Origin: Octopus sinensis
Taxonomy: Eukaryota
Reading direction: 5' to 3'
Assembly (NCBI RefSeq): GCF_006345805.1
Contig: NC_043011.1
Location: 47,504,464-47,568,463, forward strand
DNA: 64,000 nt
The notes beneath the pieces were generated by a model. That model did not search any database. It worked only from the letters and a program-made list of their open reading frames with translations, and was not told where the DNA came from. The translations under genes were made by a program, and so were the position numbers. Shown here in pieces: positions 25,483 to 39,041 of the stretch. Every line of letters begins with the position of its first letter. Within the stretch, counting starts at the first letter, position 1.

Positions 25483-25802
25483 AGCACTCCGTTGGTTGTG
25501 ACGACGAGTGTCCCAGCTGATACGATCCATGGAACAGCTTGCTCGTGAAATTAATGTGCGAGTGACTGAGGACTCCACAAACACGTGTACCTTTAACGTA
25601 GTTCTCGGGGAGATTTAGTGTGACACAGAGTGGGACAAGGCTGGCCCTTTGAAATACAGGTACTACTCCTTTTTGCCAGATGAGTGGACTGGAGCAACGT
25701 GAAATTAAGTGTCTTGCTCAAGGACACAACGTGCCACCGGGAATTGAACTCACGACCTTACGATCATGAGCCGAATGCCCCTAACCACTAAACCACGTGC
25801 CT
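25483..25802 (-). mobile_element. SINE family C, young copy
   Basis: Reverse complement: ggcacgtggtttagtggttagggc...gagttcaattcccgg...gtccttgagcaagacac... Confidence 0.88.
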
Positions 25803-25829
25803 TCACATACATATGTATATGTATTTATG

Positions 25830-25921
<92 letters not shown>

Positions 25922-26038
25922 AGGATAAGAGGGAAAAACTTTTGATAAGCATAACAAATGCGCAACCGTAAAAAGAACTTTCACCTAATTAAATTACTTA
26001 AATTACTTAAATTATTTTGTCAGCATTTTCTTCATTTC

Positions 26039-26075
<37 letters not shown>

Positions 26076-28595
26076 GTGTGTATGTGTGCATATGTATAAT
26101 TATATATTTTTAAAGTGTTAAAGTTTCCTTTAGAGGTGAAACCTCAAGGGACTTTAACATATTGACCTAAGTACTTTGTCTGGTGCTCATTTTATTGATT
26201 TCTATTTATCAAATGGTGGAGTTCAGATTTTACACATATTTATTTTAGGAAACCCAACACAATGAAAGGCAAATATTGATCACGGTAGTGTTTGAACTTA
26301 CAATGAGAAAGTATGATGCTAATACCTAAAAAAAAAAAAAATTATTTTCTTCATTCATTCAACATTTTACTGTTTTTACTGCACCTTCACTGTCATTTTA
26401 AAGAACAGATTCTTTATATGAAGTTAAAAAAAAAAAAAGAATTTCTAATTTTTTGTGTAAGGAGAGAGAGAGAGAGAGAGAGGGAATGCTTGCTGGGAGA
26501 AGCTGTGATAAATAGGAAGTTGTTGTTGTTGTTGTAAGATTCAAGCTTTTCAAAGGAGATGGGTACTAGCATTAGAAATGAAGCTGAGAATTTTCCCAGC
26601 TTTAAAACAGAAATGCAATGCAAAACCCGATGCATTCGGAATTTGCTTCTTGATCTATGGTAATCGTTGCTATTTGATATAAGATTTCTTACATTGGCAT
26701 TGGGCCATTAAAACTCTATATTGATACATGTTTAACACTGTAAGGAATAGAAATACAAAGAAAAGAACAAAGGAAATAATACATAAGAAAAAAAAAGAGA
26801 TGTAAATAGTTGTTGGTTTATTTTTTGACAAGAGGAAAGTAGGGGTATCTACAGTTAATAAACAAATAAACAGAATAGATTTACCAGAACTAATACCTAA
26901 TAGAACAGCCATTATCAAATCGAGCTTAATTATTTGTCAGCTGCCAGTACGATAAAGCTGAAACAATTTAATAATTCACATTTTTTACCTTTCGGCACCT
27001 ATTGTTACAGAGATATTTTTAGAAGTGTTGAATATTTCATCCAAAAAAATCCATTTTTTTTTCTCCAACTAATTCTGAAGTTAGTTGAGAAGAATTGCAG
27101 CGGTGAACCAAGTTGTTTGCAGTGAAGTGAGCTAAGAATTTAAGAACCAGCAGTTCACAGTCCATCAAAAAAAAAGAGAGAAATGGCTCGGCACTGCAAA
27201 GAATAGGAACACCATAATTCAATTCTTTCCACAAAACACTGAAATAATTGCAGTTTAGTCCATTGGATTAATGATAGTATGTAACAATTATTTATAGAAA
27301 GAATTCCATGGGGTTACAACGTAAAGACAATCAAGATGAAATATGAATTCACAGTGTGGAAAAATAAGACTAGATTTATTTATTTTATATAGCGACTTGT
27401 AAACATTGTTGTTCTTTGTTAAAGATTTCCAACAGGCCAATGATTGGTTCACTGCATTTCTGAAGACAAGCGAGGATCAAACTTGATGGAAGGGACTCTG
27501 TTCACAAAGAATGGTTTCTCAGTTTGCTTGTTGATATTTATAGCCTATGTCTGCATAAATCATTAACACACACACACCACACACACACACACACAGATTT
27601 TCCAGAGTCTCCATCAACCAAATTCCACTCATAATGCACTGGCCAACTCAAAGCTATGGTAGAAGAGATTTGTCCAAAATACCAGTCTATAGATTTGAAC
27701 CCGACACAGCATGAGTATTAAAGTTTACTATTTCACCATTTGCCATGATGCTGCAAAATAAATGTTGTCCGGAATGGTTATGCTTCTGCCAGTTTACCAA
27801 TCTTCTACAACATTGTAATTAACCAACGTATAGTTACGTTACAGTTCCGAGGTTAAAACTTCATACAAGTTAGGCCTACAATAGGAATACTTATAGTTAC
27901 GCTCTGATTAAACAATGTGGTTACTCTGATGCCAAAGTGGTCTTTATGTGAAGAATTATTGTTCTAAAAGTAATCTTGCTGTTGCTTACAACCAGGTCAG
28001 TTCTGATTAAGCAGATCAAAGGTTATAATATCTACGATCAAAGAAAATTTCAATGAACAATAGTCTTAACCTTGTTCATTCCATCTTTTATTCAAACAGA
28101 GTATAACATGGATTGCATTATTCAATATGTTCTCTTTTGAAGGTAGCTGGATATGATTTGAAGGAGATCTTGATTCTGTTTCTGCAATCACATATGGAAT
28201 CCCTCATTACCCTGTCCTCTAATATTTCTCTTTGTAGAGGAGAAAGATTAGGTGTAGTACATTGATACTATAAGATACTGAAAGAAGAGGCTAAACCATA
28301 AATTTGTTACTACTACACTAATGTATTGTTTTTGGTAAAATTCTTTCAAAGCAAATAATGCAATACTGATATGTTGTTAAAGATTGACTCTGCAGTTTTT
28401 TTTTGTACTACATACAAGAAAGGAATGTATATAATACAACGCTGCAAGTGAGAAGTAATCAAGTCTTTGAGCCAGAGTAAATGTGACAAAGAATTAAGTG
28501 TAAATAGCTTGAACAGAAACCAAAACTGTTGCACATCATTCTGAAGTCTTACTACCATACTGTAAAACTTGTTTTAACCACATTTGGAATAATAA

Positions 28596-29000
28596 TACTC
28601 TTTTACTCTTTTACTTGTTTCAGTCATTTGACTGCGGCCATGCTGGGGCACCGCCTTTAGTCAAGCAACTCGACCCCGGACTTATTCTTTGTAAGCCCAG
28701 TACTTATTCTATCGGTCTCTTTTGCCGAACCGCTAGGTAACGGGGACGTAAACACACCAGCATCGGTTGTCAAGCAATGCTAGGGGGACAAACACAGACA
28801 CACACACACACACACATATAGATATATACATATATACGACAGGCTTCTTTCAGTTTCTGTCTACCAGATCCACTCACAAGGCATTGGTCGGCCCGGGGCT
28901 ATAGCAGAAGACACTTGCCCAAGATGCCACGCGGTGGGACTGAACCCGGAACCATGTGGTTGGTTAGCAAGCTACTTACCACACAGCCACTCCTGCGCCT
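28596..29000 (-). mobile_element. SINE family A, young subfamily
   Basis: Full length. Confidence 0.92.
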
Positions 29001-29004
29001 AATA

Positions 29005-29500
29005 ATCATCATCATTTAACATCTGGTTTCCATGCTGGTATGGATTGGATGGTTTGACTGGAAACTGGTAAGCTGGTGAGCTGCACCAGATTCCAGTCTG
29101 ATTTGGCATGGTTTCTACAGCTCGGAGCCCTTCCTGATGCCAACCACCCCAAGAGTGTATGTAGTTGGTGGTTTTTACATGCTACCAGCACAGGTACCAC
29201 TTACTAAGCACTGGTATTGGCCATGACAATGATCTCACTTGGCCTGACAAGTCTTCTCAAGTACAGTATATTGTCAAAGGCCTCATTCACTTGTCACTGC
29301 CTCCGCAAGGCCCAAAGTTCGAAAAGTGCTTTTTACATGTCACTGGCACAGGTGCCAGTGTCACGACTACAATTTCACTTGGCATGATGGGTCTTCTCAA
29401 GCACAGCACATCTCCCAACATTCAAAGGGTGATTTTTATCATGTACCACCAGCACAAGTGTCAGTCATATGACACTGGCGTCATTCATATAAAAACTTTG
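29005..29500 (-). mobile_element. Family E (RTE-type 3' end) with three diverged ~130-bp internal repeats
   Basis: catcatttaacatctggtttccatgc... followed by recurring tttttacatg...gcacagg...ttcacttggc...tcttctcaag.acag blocks. Confidence 0.65.
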
Positions 29501-29550
29501 CAAACTGCTATTGATGCCATGTTTTTATTTCTTTAGCTGATATGCAGTGA

Positions 29551-29870
29551 AAGCACGTGGCTTAGTGGTTAGGATATTCAGCTCATGATCATAAGACCAT
29601 GAGTTCGATTCCTGGCAGTGCAATGGGCCCTTGAGCAAGACACTTTATTTCACATTCCTCCAGTCCACTCAGCTGACAAAAAGGAATAGTATCTGTATTT
29701 CAAAGGGCCAGCCTTATCCCATTCTGTGCCTCACTGAATCTCCCTGAGAACTACGTTTAGGGTATGCATGTCTGTGGAGTATTCAGCCACTTGCATATTA
29801 ATTTTACTAGCAAGATGTTCTGTTGACCAGATCAACTGGAGCCCCTGTTGTCATAAACAAAAGAGGGCCA
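29551..29870 (+). mobile_element. SINE family C
   Basis: Homologous to 25483-25802 over its full length. Confidence 0.85.
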
Positions 29871-31398
29871 TTTGTTTTTTTAGCAGATATGAAGACATGT
29901 CAAGTGAGAGTTTTATTCACAAGGCTTTGATGTGAGGCTATGATTTTACAGAGAGGGATTGAACCAGGATCAATGTGGCAACATGAACATCTTAACCACA
30001 CAGCCATGTTGATTTTTGTTTGTTTGTTTGTTTGTTTGCTTTTTTTTATTTTTTAATTACTTATCTCTTTCTCTTTATGCTCTACTCTGCTGCATTTAAC
30101 TTCTTTACTGTAATCAATCCAATTTCCGCGGTGCATCTTTCTCTCTCTCTACCAGAACTCTGCAAATCACAAAAAGAATTCCATGTGATTCTATTCCATT
30201 ATTTTGGAAACTTCTATTTCCTTGACTCACCCACTACATTTTTTTTAGCAGTTTTTTAAGGGTTTCCTGAGTTCTTAATTTATATTTTATTTTATTTCAC
30301 AAAGACTTTTAACAAGGTTAGTGGTGTGATATTTTAAGCTTATTTTTTTACTTACTTGCTCTGTTGCTTTTTATATTTTTTAAATTTCATTATTGCACAT
30401 AGTTTTTTTTTCAAAGTAAAAACAATGATCTTACTTTTTTACTCCCTTTTAATTTAATTCTATTTTTTTTTTTACCATTTTTTCACTCATTTTATTTTTG
30501 TTTTGTTTTATTTCTGTAATCTTATTTTATTTTATTTGTTGATATTGTTGGTGCTGCTGAGTTGACATTACGTCTGAAAATCAATGCCTGCTAAAAGAAC
30601 AACAACAACAAGCAGCTTCCTTTCAACAGAAAGAATATTCTAATACGCTTTCCTCTCAGTTCTTAATTTTATTACACACACACACACATTTGTATATTTA
30701 TTTATCTATTTAATCGAAACTGATGGTTTCTGTTTTATTCTTATTTAAAAGGAAATAAAAACGAAACTGGATCAGAGCCATTATTAAGAGGGAACTAAAT
30801 GCAGAGTTCAGAGCCATAGGGGTGTGGAACGGGGGAGAAAATTTTCTTCTCCAAAGGAGAACAACAGGTTATGGTAGGGAGATGAAGAATGTGGGGATGA
30901 GGTATAAGAAATCAGCTATTGATTGGAATCAGGTTAATAAATAAACAAATAAAAATGGGTTCTTATTCTCAAGCTCTTTACACTTGGTCACATAGATCCA
31001 TCATATTTTCACTTTCTCAATCACTCTCCTGTTTTTCTTCTTTTTTTTTATGTTTTTTGAATTTAACATTTCAATAAGGAACCGTTTCTGTGGTGAGAGT
31101 TAAGATGTGATGAGAAAGTCATTGTGTATGTGTGTGTGTTTAGTTGGAAGAGTTCAAGGACTTTGGGGATTTGTATACATATATAATAAAAAAAAAATAC
31201 AGAGACAATGAAGAATTGAAATTATCAAAGATTGTTTGGAAATAGATAATTGAGTTTTGTAAAGATGTTGACGATTTTCAGAAAACAATAAGGCAAGTTT
31301 TGTGTGTGTTTTTTTTGTGCATGTATGAAGGAGAGAATGTTAGAAAAAGGAAGAGAACAACAGAAAGGTTTACCAAATATAATGAAAATAAAGGTGGA

Positions 31399-31451
31399 AG
31401 AAGAATAAGAAGAAGCTAAAGAAGAAGACAGACAGAAAGAGTGAGATATAC

Positions 31452-31482
<31 letters not shown>

Positions 31483-31885
31483 AAGTGAGTGAGTGTGTAT
31501 GTGGGATATAATTTTTTTTTTTTTGCACACAAGGGGCCTAAACATAGAGGGGACAAACAAGGACAGACAAAGGGATTAAGTCGATGACATCAAACCCAGT
31601 GTGTAGAAGAATAAGAAGAAGCTAAAGAAGACAGGCAGAAAGAGTGAGAGAGAGAGTGAGTGAGTGTGTATGTGGTTTGAAGGGATATAATTTATTTTTT
31701 TCTTTATGGCACACAAGGGGCTGAACATAGAGGGAACAAACAAGGACAGACAAAGGGATTAAGTCAATGACATCGAACCCAGTGCATAACTGGTACTTTA
31801 TTTATCGACCCCGAAAGGATGAAAGGCAAAGTCGACCGTGGCAAAATTTGAACTCAGAACGTAGCGGCAGACAAAATATCGCTAA
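31399..31885 (-). repeat. ~206-bp tandem duplication spanning a GA-rich tract and a family B tail, followed by the family B body
   Basis: agaagaataagaagaagctaaagaag starts at 31399 and 31605. Confidence 0.8.
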
Positions 31886-31944
31886 AAGAGGCAACGTATC
31901 TAAGTATTCTTAATCCATATATCTGTTAATATATATGTTGCATA

Positions 31945-32140
31945 AGTTGGTGAGCTGACAGAATCTTTAGCACGCTGGGCAAAATACTTGGTAGCATTCT
32001 GTCTGCCTTTATGGTCTGGGTTCAAATTCCACCGAGGTTGACTTTTTGGGGTCGATAAAATAAGTACCAGTTGGAAACTGGGGCCAATGTAATCAGCCTA
32101 CCCCTCCCGCTAAATTGCTGGCCTTGTGCCAGAATTTGAC
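31945..32140 (+). mobile_element. SINE family B
   Basis: ggtgagctgacagaa...ggttcaaattccaccgagg...aaattgctggccttgtgcc. Confidence 0.75.
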
Positions 32141-32262
32141 ATCAATATATATAAGCTGCATGGTGCCTATTACATCTTCCATCAGACCTGTTTTTTTTTT
32201 CTTTTTCATTTGTTTTATATATTATCAAAGCTACACTGGTTTGAAGGCAAATTTCATTTATG

Positions 32263-32490
32263 TACTCTTTTACCTGTTTCAGCCATTTGACTGCGGCCAT
32301 GCTGGAGCACCACCTTTAATCGAGCAAATCGACCCCAGGACTTATTGTTTGTAAACCTAGTACTTATTATATCAGTCTCTTTTGCTGAACCATTAAGTTA
32401 CAGGGATGTAAACACACCAGCATCGGCTGTCAAGTGATGTTAGGGGGACAAACACAGACACACAAACATATACACACACATACACACACG

Positions 32491-32526
<36 letters not shown>

Positions 32527-32889
32527 CACGATGGGCTTCTTTCAGTTTCCATCTACCAGATCCACTCACAAAGCTTTGGTTGGCCCAAGGCTTTAATAAA
32601 ACACACTTGCCCAAGGTGTCACGCAGTGGTACTGAACCTGGAAACATGTGGTTGGTAAGCAAGCTACTTACCACACAGCCACTCCTATGCCTATACATAT
32701 ATATATATATATGCACACACATATATACAACGGGTTTCTTTCAGTTTCCATCTACCAAATCCACTCACAAGGCTTTCGTCAGTCCGAGGCTATAGTAGAA
32801 GACACTTGCCCAAGGTGCCACACAGTGGGACTGAACCCAGAACCATGTGGTTGGTAAGCAAGCTACTTACCACACAGCCACTCCTGCGC
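32263..32889 (-). mobile_element. SINE family A (32263-32692) plus a second head-only copy (32718-32889)
   Basis: Two successive tRNA-head segments. Confidence 0.88.
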
Positions 32890-34469
32890 TTCTAAAATTT
32901 CTGTTAAATTTTCTTAATCTTCAGACAGAATCGTTTGCTGAATTAATTCATTATTCCAAAGAATCTCTACATGATATTAGCTGATGTCGCTCATATCTAG
33001 ATGACACCTTCCCGTATTTATGTACAGGTCTTTTGCACTCAACGTATTTCTCAAAGTTAATTCTTTGTCCCTTTTTTTCTTTAATAACATCACAAATACA
33101 ATGAGAAGTTTTCGCTTGTTGTCAAGATCATTAGTAGGAAGTTAATTAGCATCTCTCCGAAACTTCTTCAACTGAATGAAATGGTAAAGAAGGAAGGAAA
33201 GAAAGAAGAAAAAAGGGAAAACAATGAAGTAAATTGTTGATCTATTTGACAAGGGATATAAGTGTGAAATAAAGACAACAAACCTGATAAAGAAATATAA
33301 AAAAAAAAGGTTAAAGTTCCCTTAAACTTGCTGGAAGGTAAGATAAATTTGCTAGATGACTGTAAATTATTTATTAAGAATAAAGCAGTAATTAATTATA
33401 CTGCAAAACATTGTTTTCTTAATATGATATGATGAATAAATGATTATCTCATTTATCAATGCTAACATAATTAGTCATAATTTCTTTGAAAAAATATGCG
33501 CTTATTACATTTATTTTGCATTAAGTTGTTGTTGTTTGGCCCTAGGATATCCCTGACTAAGCATACTTACGATCAAAGTGTGCCAATAACTACCTCATTC
33601 TTCTCTTGTGTGTTGCATATCTTGAACGATGTTATCCCATGTATTTCTCATGTTTCAAGAATTTAGTGGTGTAATTTAAGAGCTATTTGGATGTTATTTC
33701 TCACAGACTGAATGACCATATACAAGCTCCCTTGTACAGGCTAAGTTTATGTAAGTTGCTGACGTTGTTTAATCCCAGGGCAGACCTAATCAAGCAGAAT
33801 TATGTTCAAAGGCATTCCATCCATAACCATCCTATCTTATTTCAGAGATTATATAATCTTGACTACATCATTGAATGAGCCCTACTTTTAAGATGATAAT
33901 GTATGATATGAAGGGAGATTTGGATGCTGTTTCTACCTGGTTGAACAGTCGCATAAAGTGATACAATAAGTAGAAGTTGATAGGTTGTTAGATTGTGGTT
34001 AAGTGATATAAACTTTGGGTTCCTCTACAGACAATGTCTCTATCCCAAATACATCAAACTCCTATATGCCGATGCACCCAATTACAAATAATTCTCATAA
34101 AAGGCAGTGTTCACAGAGGTTTCCTTATATAATTACCAAATTTTAAGTTCTGTATTTCAGTATTGCATTCAAGTCCACTGCATGTTTCTACTAATTCAAT
34201 GATTACCATACACACGCACAAAAAAAGTGAAGTAACTTGATTAAGGCCAGCAATTGACAGCAGTTATTTACAACTCAATATTTATCCTTTTATGTGTTTA
34301 GCTTAACACTTTCAGTTAGAGAGATATCACCTGTGAGTGGGGGCCACCACAGTTACCAGCACAATAACCACTCTTATACCTTAAAGTCCATGCAATACCT
34401 TCCTTGGTTTCAATGAAATATACTGCCATTACTTGTTTATATAGCCAGGTAAATAATATATCTTAGCTA

Positions 34470-34687
34470 CAAGGGGCTGCTGAAAAGTTTCTGGCTTTGG
34501 GTAAAAGAAAATTCAAGAGGATCAGTTAATTATGATTTTATTAAACATACTCCCCTCTCAGATTCACATACTTATTGCAGTGGTCCTTCAGTTTTTCTAA
34601 GCCCTGTAAAAAGAACTTGGAAGATTGGGCCTCCAACCAGGCCTTTTGTGACACTCTTAAAGTCAGGAACTTTTCAGTACCCCTTAG
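34470..34687. mobile_element. Mariner-type MITE (family G)
   Basis: TA-caaggggctgctgaaaagtttctggc ... gtcaggaacttttcagtacccctt-(ag)TA. Confidence 0.85.
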
Positions 34688-34964
34688 TAAGTATTTGAGA
34701 GAGGCTTTACAGCATTGCTTACAGTTGCTAAATAACGTCTTACCATTTTAAAGCAAGGGCACATTGAAAAATCAGTTTTAGACAGATGATGTCTGAGTAC
34801 CAGACTTAGAAAGAAGTACTGAGTCAATTTGTTCAGTTAAACTCTACAAGGTGGTGTGCCAACAGGGTCATAGTCCAATGACTGTAACAAGTAAAAGATA
34901 GTTACCTTAAATGATTTCTGTTAAAACTCAAGTAAAATGTGGTTAATATTAAATATTACAAATA

Positions 34965-35560
34965 AGGCAGTGAGCGGGCTGATTCGTTAGCATACTAGAT
35001 AAAATGCTTAGTGGTATTTTGCGCGTCACTACGTTCTGAGTTCAAATTCCACTGAGGTCGACTTTGCCTTTCATCCTTTCTGGGTTGATTAAATAAGTAC
35101 CAGTTATGCACTGGGATCGATATAATCGACTTAATCCATTTGACTATCCTTGTTTGTCCTCTCTGTGTTTAGCCCCTTGTGGGTAGTAAAGAAATAGGTA
35201 TTTTGCCCATCACTACATTCTGAGTTCAAATTCCGCTGAGGTCGACTTTACCTTTCATTCTTTCTGAGTCGATTAAACAAGTACCAGTTATGCATTGGGG
35301 TTGATGTAATCTCCCCGAAATTTGATGCTTTGTGCTTCCAATAGAAAGGAATATTAAATATTACAAAGACGCTGAACCAAGAGAAATAGTTAGCAGCATC
35401 GTATGTCCATCTTTATGTTCTGAGTTCAAATTCCACCCAAGTCAACTTTACTTTTCAGGGTCAATAAAATAAGAACCAGATGATCACTGGAGGGGGGAGG
35501 GGTAATTGACTTAACCCCTCCCCCAAAATTGCTGGCCTTGTGTCACAATTTAGAACTGAT
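34965..35560 (+). mobile_element. Dimeric SINE family B (34965-35350) plus a third truncated monomer
   Basis: Three gagttcaaattcc cores; junction aaagaaataggtattttg as in the other dimers. Confidence 0.82.
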
Positions 35561-36509
35561 ATTAATTGTAACTGTCTTACATTAAATTTTTCATTTCATT
35601 TTACTTTTGCTCTTTTAATGTATGCATCAGCAAGGAAGCATTTTATTATTCAAATATTTTTAGTAAGACAAGAGAAAGTATTCCGAAGTAAGCAGCAGCT
35701 ATCAATCAAGATGTAGTTTCATCAACATAAACGACATCTAGAAACTCAGACAGCGGAACTGCAAAGTACATGAAACAGTGGTTGACATTATAAGCCACTT
35801 TATTTCATTTCGGTTTAACTTACTCAAATGGCTTAGTAAAATGATAGTGAAGCTAGCGGGAAATATCCGGCAAAGCCATTATCACATGTGTGGATTTTAG
35901 CAGAAAAGTAAAGGATTTAGAAATGGCATTTATTATTTCATCATCAGACATCAAATAGATAAATAGGATTTCAATCAGAAATCACGAAGTCTCCATTACG
36001 AAGCAGTGGGTTTGTTGAAGGTTAAAAACGAATAACAAAACAAAACAAAAAATATTTCCTTCTAAATGGTAAGTGATATTAAAAAGTAGACAACTTTATG
36101 TGAAAGTCTCTCAGCTATTAAGAGCATGAAAGTGGAAACATGTGGCTTTATAGTCATTGTAATTCATTAACATAAAGTGTTAATTATGTTTTGAAATTTA
36201 AAATGGCACAGAATAAAATAGTTAATATCCTGATAAGTATGGAGAATCTGTAATGTGGATTTGGCTTCAAATTGAAAGCATTTCCTTTCACATCTGCTAC
36301 CCACTGTTTGTGCAGAAAGGCATGAAAATGTAATAAACTTGAGGGAGACCGATTATATATCTCAGCAAGAAACTCTACTATAAAGTGTATAACTTGAGTG
36401 TGGAATCTAATGAAAATATTTGTTAATTACACCAAATATTCTTGCAAAGAGAATCGAATGGAGAGGAATGACTCTAAAAGCTCACAGGGTCATTAAAAAT
36501 CCTTTCTAC

Positions 36510-36722
36510 TACAGGCATAAGACCTAAAACTTTTAGCAGGGGTGGGAAGATAGTCACTTACATCAACCTCAGTTCTTGACTGGTACTTAATTCTATCAAC
36601 CCCGAAAGGACGAAAGCCAAAGTTGATCTCCGTAGAATTTGAACTCAGAATGTAAAAAGGACATGAAATTCCACCTAACATTTTATCTAGTGTGATAATG
36701 ATTCTGCCAGCTCACTACCTTA
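36510..36722 (-). mobile_element. SINE family B
   Basis: ccccgaaaggacgaaagcc...gaatttgaactcagaa...ttctgccagctcactacc. Confidence 0.75.
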
Positions 36723-36899
36723 GAATTGGTAATAATGTTGATTTACATTACCATACGAGTAAAACGTCCCACCCCGTGTTTACTGGACGGTGGTGAGCTG
36801 GTCAAACATTTAAACCAAATTTTCTCAAAACAACTTGTCCGACCATCCCATAGGCCTCCCCTTTGAGAAACACTGATTTAACCTCAATTTGAGACACCA

Positions 36900-37120
36900 G
36901 CAAAAGAAGAAATAAAGATAGACTTTTTTCTATTCCAAAGAAAAACGATTTTATTCACTTTATCGATCACATTCTCACCTGGAATCGATTTTTGTAATTT
37001 TTTCATGACTTATACACGCCCTGATACCATCGGTATCTACATATCAAATAGGAGCGCAATTGGATGGAGGATGCCCAAGGTCCTAGAAGACACACACACA
37101 GACAGACAGAATGGATTTTA
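36900..37120 (+). mobile_element. Possible non-autonomous Helitron-like 3' end
   Basis: Ends ...cacacacagacagacagaatggattttatataatagat, a terminal style recalled from DINE/Lep1-like rolling-circle derivatives; no 5' end seen. Confidence 0.3.
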
Positions 37121-37188
37121 TATAATAGATAAGCACATTTTGTTTTTGAAAGAGGAATTTTGGCAATTTAATTGACACCAAGGTTTAA

Positions 37189-37410
37189 CATATTCATAAC
37201 CACATCTCTAATGAAATACACTACCATTGTGTCAATTAACTTTGATTTTAACAAAGAATTTAGTAACATAAGTTTGCCATTATTAAGCTGCTGTTTGGAA
37301 AATAAGTTAGCATGAAATTTAGGTGAAAGTTTTTAATTTAGACCACTTTAGAACATGAAACTTGTGTCATGGAACCAGAAGTTGTTTCAAGCAAGTTGGT
37401 ACCAAAAGGG
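37189..37410. mobile_element. piggyBac-type MITE related to family F (old)
   Basis: TTAA flanks; right TIR ggtaccaaaaggg; interior aacaaagaatttagtaa... Confidence 0.6.
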
Positions 37411-38280
37411 TTAACTGCTATTTATATGGTTCGTGAAGCCATATAAATAAAAGACAAAATCAACTTCAGTAAGATTTGAAACCAGAAAAGTAACTATCAC
37501 ACAACTTGTTTTCCACTGTTAATTCTGTCACCCCCAACCTTATTTAATTGTCATCACTGCTGACACCACTGCCACTATTACCATCACCACCATCATCATC
37601 ATCAGCAACAACAATTAATACTGTCTGTTACATAAGAGTTAAAAGTACAACAGAATCAATATTCTAGATGATTAAATCTTCAATTTCATATTTTCAAGCC
37701 AGCTGAAATATCCATGTGTTTATAGTTGTAACCCCAGAATCAAAAACAAGTGGAAAAAACTATTAAAAACATTGAGATATTGAACAGGTTCATACTGTCA
37801 TTTAACTTCTGACATTTTAGAATCCGATTTCTTAAACTCATATCTCAGCCGGATTAATGTTCTCAATCCGTCTGATGTCTGCATGTGACATAAAACTGAA
37901 AACTGATAAGCTCTTACTATAATAAATTAGCAAAATTTTCAGTGTGGCTTCCAGCATAAGGCATCTGAACAGTTATAACTTCGTTCTTTCTCTCTCCTAT
38001 TTATCTATTTATCTAACCTTAGAGCGAAGATGACATAAAAAAAATTAAAATGAATGGATAAGAAACTGGATTACCTGCTTATACAATAACATCAGTTAAA
38101 AGTGAGTCAACTAAAGTGCCTCTACATAGCTACTTTACATCTAAAAATAGCAGCTAAATCTCCAACAAATCATACATTATAACCTTTTTGATACAAACCT
38201 TCCTGACATTGCCCCGAGTCCTATAATACAAACTTCTTATATTAAAGGGATTTAAATTAAAATCTTCCACCAAATCTTCA

Positions 38281-38689
38281 TACTCTTTTACTCTTTTACT
38301 TGTTTCAGTCATTTGACTGCGGCCATGCTGGAGCACCGCCTTTAGTCGAGCAAATCGACCCCGGGACTTATTCTTTGTAAGCCCAGTACTTATTCTATCT
38401 GTCTCTTTTGCCGAACCGCTAAGTGACGGGGACGTAAACACACCAGCATCAGTTGTCAAGCGATGTTGGAGGGGACAAACACAGACACACAAACACATAC
38501 ACACATATATATATATACATATATACGACAGGCTTCTTTCAGTTTTTGTCTACCAAATCCACTCACAAGGCATTGGTCGGCCCGGGGCTATAGCAGAAGA
38601 CAATTGCCCAAGATGCCACGCAGTGGGACTGAACCCGGAACCATGTGGTTGGTTAGTAAGCTACTTACCACACAGCCACTTCTGCGCCT
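38281..38689 (-). mobile_element. SINE family A, young subfamily
   Basis: Full length. Confidence 0.92.
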
Positions 38690-38823
38690 ATTAATTTTAT
38701 TTTCCAAATGCCACCTTAACCACACTTTCTACTACGGGTATTGTGTACACTTTCTACTAGAGCCTAGAATTTTGTAGTAAGGGGGTTAGTTAATTATTTC
38801 AACCCTAGTGTGCAGCTGGTATG

Positions 38824-38898
38824 TTTGACTTCAGAATCCCATCATGAGGTATCAGGGTCCTAGAGTGACATTTAGGCATCTGATTGGATACTTCCATC

Positions 38899-38956
<58 letters not shown>

Positions 38957-39041
38957 ATATGTATATGATGGAAGTATCCAATCAGATGCCTAAATGTCAC
39001 TCTAGGACCCTGATACCTCATGATGGGATTCTGAAGTCAAA
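38824..39041. repeat. Perfect 83-bp inverted repeat around a (TA)n/(TATG)n spacer
   Basis: 38824-38906 is the exact reverse complement of 38959-39041. Confidence 0.95.

Noticed and set aside
25730-25802. tRNA-like heads of SINE families A-D as real tRNA genes
   Set aside because: A and B boxes are present, but the acceptor stems do not pair and each head continues into a SINE body
27423-27485. Short exon-like frames (DFQQANDWFTAFLKTSEDQT*; also near 22958-23015, 24000-24085, 33706-33749, 39480-39570 minus, 48481-48517)
   Set aside because: They are short enough to arise by chance and cannot be linked into a recognisable protein
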